A stretch of DNA of 63,010 nucleotides, counting the filler, from Ministeria vibrans ATCC 50519 (Eukaryota > Protista > Filasterea): NCBI GenBank assembly GCA_943704425.1. It is 10 parts of 10 records of this genome, joined end to end, with 100 filler letters (N's around TTAATTAATTAA, not from the genome) between each part and the next. Parts side by side here need not be neighbours in the genome. Positions count along the whole stretch, not along the records: positions 54,388 to 57,520 come from CALSCP010002858.1; positions 57,621 to 59,730 come from CALSCP010001972.1; positions 59,831 to 63,010 come from CALSCP010001304.1; 7 more parts are not named here. One strand, 5' to 3'. Under the pieces are notes generated by a model. It did not search any database. It was not told the origin of the DNA and worked only from the letters and a program-made list of their open reading frames with translations. This document shows positions 55,372-63,010 of the stretch, piece after piece (position 1 is the first letter of the stretch; each line of letters starts with the position of its first letter). Both the position numbers and the translations under genes were made by a program.

Positions 55372-57462
55372 ATGTTGGTGGTAGTAGCCGTGCTGGTGGT
55401 GGTGTCCTTTGGAAAGCACAGTGCGCATGGCGAGGAGGCTGTGCCGTGTGGATGGACCGGTAGGGAGGGCGGTGGAACTGAGGCTCGATGGTTTATTCTG
55501 TTCGCTTTGCAGACCCCACTTCGGGCTATTACTACGATTTGACGCCATTGGAGAGGCTAAACGGAAGCTATTGTAAGAGTGGGTGTGAGTGGGGCTGTGC
55601 TTGCTGACGTCGTGTGCGTAGACGAGGGCTCCTTTGGCGGCGGAGAGTACGTTGCGCTGTACAACTTCTGTGGCGGAGTCCAGCTGCCCAGCGCATGCCC
55701 CAACGGGTCCGCCGTCTGCCAGGTGTCCGCCGATGGCACCCAGCAGTTTGTCATTGGGCAGTTTCCGGCGGTGTGGAGTGCGGCGACGATTGATGGGAGA
55801 GAAGCATTGCATGTACGTCTGAGCACAACGGTTGTGCGTCTGTCACTCATCTGTTCTCTTTTATGCTTGTTCTCATCTGTTCACTTTTTGGCATCACTTG
55901 CTCTCATTTGTTGTTTTTTGTCATCACTTGTTTTCGTCTGTTCTCTTTTATCATTCTTGTTCTCGTCTGTTCTCTTTTATCATTCTTGTTCTCATCTGTT
56001 CTCTTTTATCATTCTTGTTCTCGTCTGTATTTTTTACTTCTTTCTTTGTTTGTCTTGTTTTCTTTCGCCATCACTTGTTCTCATCTGTTCTCTTTTATCA
56101 TTCTTGTTCTCATCTGTTCTCTTTTATCATTCTTGTTCTCGTCTGTATTTTTTACTTCTTTCTTTGTTTGTCTTGTTTTCTTTCGCCATCACTTGTTCTC
56201 TTTTATCTTTTCTTTGCACTCCCTTTCCTATTGCTTCTTTTTCCTCTTGCTCTATCGCCGTTTTGCTTCTTTTTTCTTTGTTTTTTGTGCTTGTCTCTGA
56301 CGCTCACTTCACTTGTCGTGTTTATTTAGCTGTTGTACGAGGTGCTTTTACCGGGCAATAGCCGCCAGACCCACGTTGAGCTTTTCTGCAATGCCACTGT
56401 CAACACCACTCGGCCCTCGATGACCGCAGACGAGTACAGTGCCGGTCGATATCGCCTCGCTTTTGAGACGGGTATGATAAATTTCTTGTTTGGCTTTTTC
56501 ATACTTCCTCATCTGTCCTTTTTTCTCTTTCGTAGCGTTTGCGTGTGGCAATACGACCAGTGTGTCGTCTTCCGTTGTTCCCCCCACTCCCACTCCTCTT
56601 CCTTCTCCTCCTCTGCCCCCCTCTCCTCTTCCCTCCTCTCTCCTCCCCTCCTCTCCCCTTCCTTCCTCTCCTCTTTCCTCCCCTTCTCCTCTCTCTTCTT
56701 CTCTTCTTCTGCCCTCTTCCGCCCCGCTTCCCTCTTGCGTCTTTGTCGGTCCTCTTGGAAGTGTCTTTGATTTTACGTCTCTTGAAACCCCTTCGGGCTA
56801 TTCCGTTTCGCCCGCCAATGATTCCCTTTCTGTGTTCCAGTACAATTTTTGCGCGGGTGTCTCTGGAGTGTCAGGCTGTCCCTCCGGCACTGCTGTCTGT
56901 CTGTCGTCTTCTTCTTCGTCTGTTTCGTGCGGCACGCTTGCCTCTTCTGACTTTCAGGAAGTCGCCGGCGGTGTCAATCTCGCCTATTCCGCTGGCCAAG
57001 ACGGTCGCCAAACGACCGTTCATCTCGTACGTAAATGCTAATAATCACAAGAAACCCCTCCGCGCAAGTGAAACTTTTTTTCCCCTCCAACAGAGATGCG
57101 ACCCTCTCGCTGTCGTTCCTGTGTTTTCCGTTCTCCAAAATCTTTCTCGATTCGATTCTCAACTGTCCGTCTCCACTCAATGTGCCTGTGCCAATGGTTG
57201 TCTTGTTCGCGTGTCCACCACCACCGCTCATTTTCTTGACCCAACAGCCACCCTTGTGCCCGTTGCTTCCTTGTTTCCTACTCCTGAGCCGCACCATGGT
57301 CTCACCGAAGGCGATCGCGGAGCTATTGCCATTGGCGTTATTTTCGTTCTGCTTTGCATTGCAGCTGCGGTTGCTATCCTCGCACGCAATCGAAAACAGA
57401 AACGAAGACAAAATGCCTTCTCAATGGACTCCATCTCGCGCCGCCCCCTTCTCGTTGAATGA
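55372..57462 (+). CDS. Type I membrane protein with two mannose-6-phosphate-receptor homology (MRH) domains
   Basis: Signal peptide. Domain 1: YYDLTPL..YNFCG..C..SAVCQ..SRQTHVELFC..EY..RY..FET.FAC. Pro/Ser linker. Domain 2: FDFTSL..YNFC..GRQTTVHLRCD..TQCAC. Then a TM and a tail ending ..DSISRRPLLVE. Confidence 0.75.
55840..56210. repeat. Intronic tandem repeat (TCATTCTTGTTCTC[A/G]TCTGTTCTCTTTTA units with a higher-order duplication of about 118 bp)
   Basis: Directly visible; the block at about 56023 recurs at about 56141. Confidence 0.8.
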
Positions 57463-57620
57463 TCTGTATGTAAAAAAATATTAAAGCCCCCCTTCGCTGA
57501 ATACACTGCAATGATCCTCTNNNNNNNNNNNNNNNNNNNNNNNNNNNNNNNNNNNNNNNNNNNNTTAATTAATTAANNNNNNNNNNNNNNNNNNNNNNNN
57601 NNNNNNNNNNNNNNNNNNNN

Positions 57621-59529
<1,909 letters not shown>

Positions 59530-60250
59530 CTAAACGAAGCAAATGAGTGACGTTTGCGCCATTCGCAAAAAGAAGTGGGATGACTTGTGTGCAACGGCCA
59601 TTTTAGGCCATGCGGGGGAGCAGTGTGGGCGCATCAATGTGATTCAGTGGAGCGGGGCAAAGATCTGCTCCAGCAAGAGCTCTTTGCAGTTGAGACAATT
59701 TTGAAAAAAGGAAAAAAAAAAAAAAAAAAANNNNNNNNNNNNNNNNNNNNNNNNNNNNNNNNNNNNNNNNNNNNTTAATTAATTAANNNNNNNNNNNNNN
59801 NNNNNNNNNNNNNNNNNNNNNNNNNNNNNNACTGAAACGACATTTGAAAAAAAAAAAAAAACTCTGCTCTCTTCCTTGCTCTGCGCTCTCATCCCCACTC
59901 CACCCTACTGATCATTGCGCGTGTCCGCCACCCGTCCTCCTTTCTTAATTATCGACCTGTCTTGTGTATTTTTTTCACTGTTCGTCCGACTTTTTTTTTT
60001 CTGTGCGAAACGCAATACACTCTGAAATACGCTCGACCCTGGCCGATTGGGGCGCGCAGCACCTGCCTGCCGCTGCCTCTGACACCCGCACACCCGTGGC
60101 GACCCTTGATGCCGCTGACGGTGTGTCTGTCGTGGTGTTTTTTAACCTTTTCTCCCTTTTCCGTTATGTTTTGGGCATCCCGCTCCCCCGCACTGTCCAC
60201 CGGCCGCCCTGCGCCACTCACCCCCTCTTGTTCTGTTTTCTTATCTAGCT

Positions 60251-61333
60251 ATGTCACTGTTTGAAAGATTCCTCAACTGGATCAAGTCGCTCTTCTTCAA
60301 GGAAGAGATGGAACTGACACTTGTCGGCCTGCAAAACTCAGGAAAGACCACCTTTGTCAATGTTATTGCAGTACGAAGCTCAACACACTCGCACTCACCC
60401 ACACACTCACTGACACACACACACACATATATATACATAATATAATATAATAATAAGAGTTCATCTCGGATGTTAACGTTTTAACCCGCCTTTGATAAAC
60501 TTTTGTTATTCGCGTAGTCTGGACAGTTTAGCGAGGATATGATTCCTACAGTGGGCTTCAACATGCGCAAAGTCACCAAGGGCAATGTCACTATCAAACT
60601 GTGGGACATTGGCGGTCAGCCCCGATTCCGCTCCATGTGGGAGCGATACTGTCGCGGTGTCAACTGCATCGTCTACATGGTGGACGCAGCAGATGGCGAG
60701 AAGACCGAGGCCGCACGCAACGAACTTCACGTATGTCGCCTTTCTCTCTCTTTCTTTCTTTCTTTTATATTTTCCCATCTTTCTCTCAGGCGCTTCTTGA
60801 AAAGCCTCAACTTGCCGGAATTCCTGTTCTCGTTCTTGGCAACAAGAACGATCTCCCAGATGCCCTCTCCGTCGAAGAACTCATCGAAAAACTGTACGCG
60901 AACGCCTTGTAGTGTATCTTGTCTCTCTCTATCTAGCTAATCTTTCTTTCTCTACACGTTGTTTCTTTCCTCTCTCTCTCTCTCTATCACTTTGTTTCTT
61001 TCTCCCTCCTTTCTCTCTCTCTATCACTTGGTTTCTTTCTCCCTCCTTTCTCCCTCTCCCTCTCTATTCTCTTTCTAGTAACCTCAAGTCCATCAGCAAC
61101 CGTGAGGTCTGTTGCTACTCCATCTCTTGCAAAGTAAGCAGAGTTGCATCTTCCGCTCTACTTATTGTATACTTACTCAACTTCTCTCTCTCTCTCTTTT
61201 TAGAATCAAATCAACATTGACATCACACTTCAGGTGCGCCCCTACCGAACCTTTACGTCTTCATTAGTCTTCTCACACTCTTTTCCCTTTCTGTTTATTT
61301 TAGTGGCTCACCAAGCACTCTGCAAACAAGTAG
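60251..61333 (+). CDS. ARL8: ADP-ribosylation factor-like GTPase 8, multi-exon
   Basis: [26 protein letters not shown]; [41 protein letters not shown]; NKND; [11 protein letters not shown]. Confidence 0.97.
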
Positions 61334-61453
61334 TAACCTTAATAAAGATTCCCTCCCCCCCAATTGTACTACACATTGCACTGTCTTCCTTCTTATTGTC
61401 TTCTCTCTTATTGATGGGGGTTTTTTGAGACGAGTTTTCTTTTATCGTTTTGT

Positions 61454-62863
61454 TTATTCGCTCTTGAGAAATGTCGCAAGTGCGTCGTTGTCACGCGTCT
61501 TCCAGGCGGCACGCGCTCGGATACCCTCAATGCACTGCTGGATAGTGCGCTCCGCCGATGGTACCTTCTTGTTTGCAAAGAAGGCCGCCACACGTTCAGC
61601 ATCGGCCGTACTCGTGAAGCCGCGTGTGCTCGTCGAAATGAAGCGCCCAATCATATTCATATTGCCGTCGGCAAAGCGCGTCTCAAATGTCGACCAGTGA
61701 CTCGTCAAGTAGTCCCACACGCAACCTGCCGCCGCTCGATTGCCACTCAACGACCCGTACACGCGCGTCGCATCTTGCGTGCGCACGCGCGTCGAGTCAA
61801 TCGACATTTCAAGAAGTGAGCCAAAGCGAGAGGTGTCCCGCGTCGAGCCGAGCGCCCCCAACGCACGCACGCGCTCCTCCTGCAGCGGAGCGTCCATCGC
61901 GATCGCCATGAGTGCATCGTAGTCGTCGCTTGTGCCATGGCTCGCCGTCGCGTGGTACACCAGCCCGCGCAAGTCCGAGTGAATAGAAGTCGTCTGACGC
62001 GCTCGAAACAACTCCAGGGCCTTAGCAACGGCACTGGGCTCCTCAAAATGCAGAGCCAGTCCCAAGAGTGTATTGCGCAGCATCGACCGCAAGTGGTCGC
62101 CAGCGAGCGACGCATCCCACGGCATGGTTGCCGCCAGAGGGGACACAATGCCACGCACAAAAGCAGCAAAATTGTCATAGCACGCCTCGTGTGCCCAGGT
62201 CGAACCGACACGGTTCAGCCAGGACGCAATCTCGTCCCACACACAAAATTCTCGCTCGTCCGCATAGTGATGCACCAGACGCAGTGCATCCACTGTCGAC
62301 GCCGCACCCGCCTTGGCAAGGGCAAACGCATCGCTGACAAGACCCAGGCGGTCGGTGGCAGGCATGCACTGCGCTCGCACAGCCGGCATCAGTCGCTCCA
62401 GCATCGTTGCGGGATAGTGTACGCGATAGAAGCCCGCGGTACTCGCGTTCACCTTGATCCACGCGGCACCTTGCAGGTCTGTCGCGGCCACCACCGCCTC
62501 GCGTTCCGACAAGGGACACTGAACGCGCTTCGTCGTGCCGTCCACATTACCGACAAGCATCGTGACGGGAATCCACCAGCGACGATCGTCGTCACTGCGC
62601 ACCCCGTCCGCCAGAAACAGCTCCTGACGAAGTCGTAGCGACCCATCGTCACACTCGCTCACTTGCACCACGGGGAAATTCGCGTGCTTTGTGTACGTCT
62701 CCATGACAGCGCCGACAGGCTTGCCGCTCTGCTCCTCGAGCGCCGCCCACAAATGCTCGGTGCGCGCGTTTCCATACGCATGGCGTCGGAGGTACACTTG
62801 CATTCCGTCGCGGAAGACCTCTTCCGTCACGTACTCCACGAGCATCCGAATTACCGCAGAGCC
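61454..62863 (-). CDS. NPEPPS: Puromycin-sensitive aminopeptidase (M1 family), C-terminal exon (5' part outside window)
   Basis: GSAVIRML..F..G...YL..HAYGNA.T..LW.AL..SGKPV; WIKVN..GFYRVHY; DRLGL..DAFAL; ERTIQQC.E.I (ERAP1-like C-terminal domain). Confidence 0.88.
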   Translation of the reverse strand, partial: GSAVIRMLVEYVTEEVFRDGMQVYLRRHAYGNARTEHLWAALEEQSGKPVGAVMETYTKHANFPVVQVSECDDGSLRLRQELFLADGVRSDDDRRWWIPVTMLVGNVDGTTKRVQCPLSEREAVVAATDLQGAAWIKVNASTAGFYRVHYPATMLERLMPAVRAQCMPATDRLGLVSDAFALAKAGAASTVDALRLVHHYADEREFCVWDEIASWLNRVGSTWAHEACYDNFAAFVRGIVSPLAATMPWDASLAGDHLRSMLRNTLLGLALHFEEPSAVAKALELFRARQTTSIHSDLRGLVYHATASHGTSDDYDALMAIAMDAPLQEERVRALGALGSTRDTSRFGSLLEMSIDSTRVRTQDATRVYGSLSGNRAAAGCVWDYLTSHWSTFETRFADGNMNMIGRFISTSTRGFTSTADAERVAAFFANKKVPSAERTIQQCIEGIRARAAWKTRDNDALATFLKSE

Positions 62864-63010
62864 CTAATGAGACAGTAAGCAATACCACACGAGTTGAGGA
62901 AGAAAGCAAAACAAGTGATAGAGAGAGACAGAGAGTGGAGTCAAAAAAACACCATCATAAGCCGAGAACTAAAAAAGACAAGGCGGAGGGCGCGCGGAAC
63001 CTGCGACGAA

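Noticed and set aside
55579-56361. Hydrophobic multi-TM-looking ORFs (also 53513-54204 and 32529-33292)
   Set aside because: Read-through of pyrimidine-rich intronic minisatellites.

Overview
Eukaryotic nuclear DNA from a compact, intron-rich unicellular eukaryote. It has GT-AG introns filled with (CA)n, (CT)n and (TAA)n microsatellites, GC-rich exons and very short intergenic spacers. The gene set (COX5A, BZW/5MP, myosin-VI-like, KANSL3, PPP4R4) looks amorphean/opisthokont-like, which is an inference. The window is ten contigs joined by artificial 100-bp N44-TTAATTAATTAA-N44 linkers, so adjacency across linkers means nothing and several genes are truncated. About 28 protein-coding genes or fragments were reconstructed by manual splicing, so exon boundaries are approximate; family calls come from recalled motifs, not database searches. 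No rRNA, tRNA or CRISPR was seen. Main points of interest: (1) an intronless, giant-virus/phage-like DNA amino-methyltransferase (DFSAGWG...TSPPF); (2) two polyA-tailed retroposon copies with target-site duplications inside a decayed membrane-protein gene; (3) a sialate O-acetylesterase-GH27 alpha-galactosidase fusion, head-to-head with fucose mutarotase and followed by a DUF3089 hydrolase; (4) a degenerate myosin motor fused to ankyrin repeats; (5) a kelch/EGF receptor TKL kinase; (6) a bacterial-type GH16-like membrane protein; (7) a ZCCHC9-like protein with no zinc knuckles.
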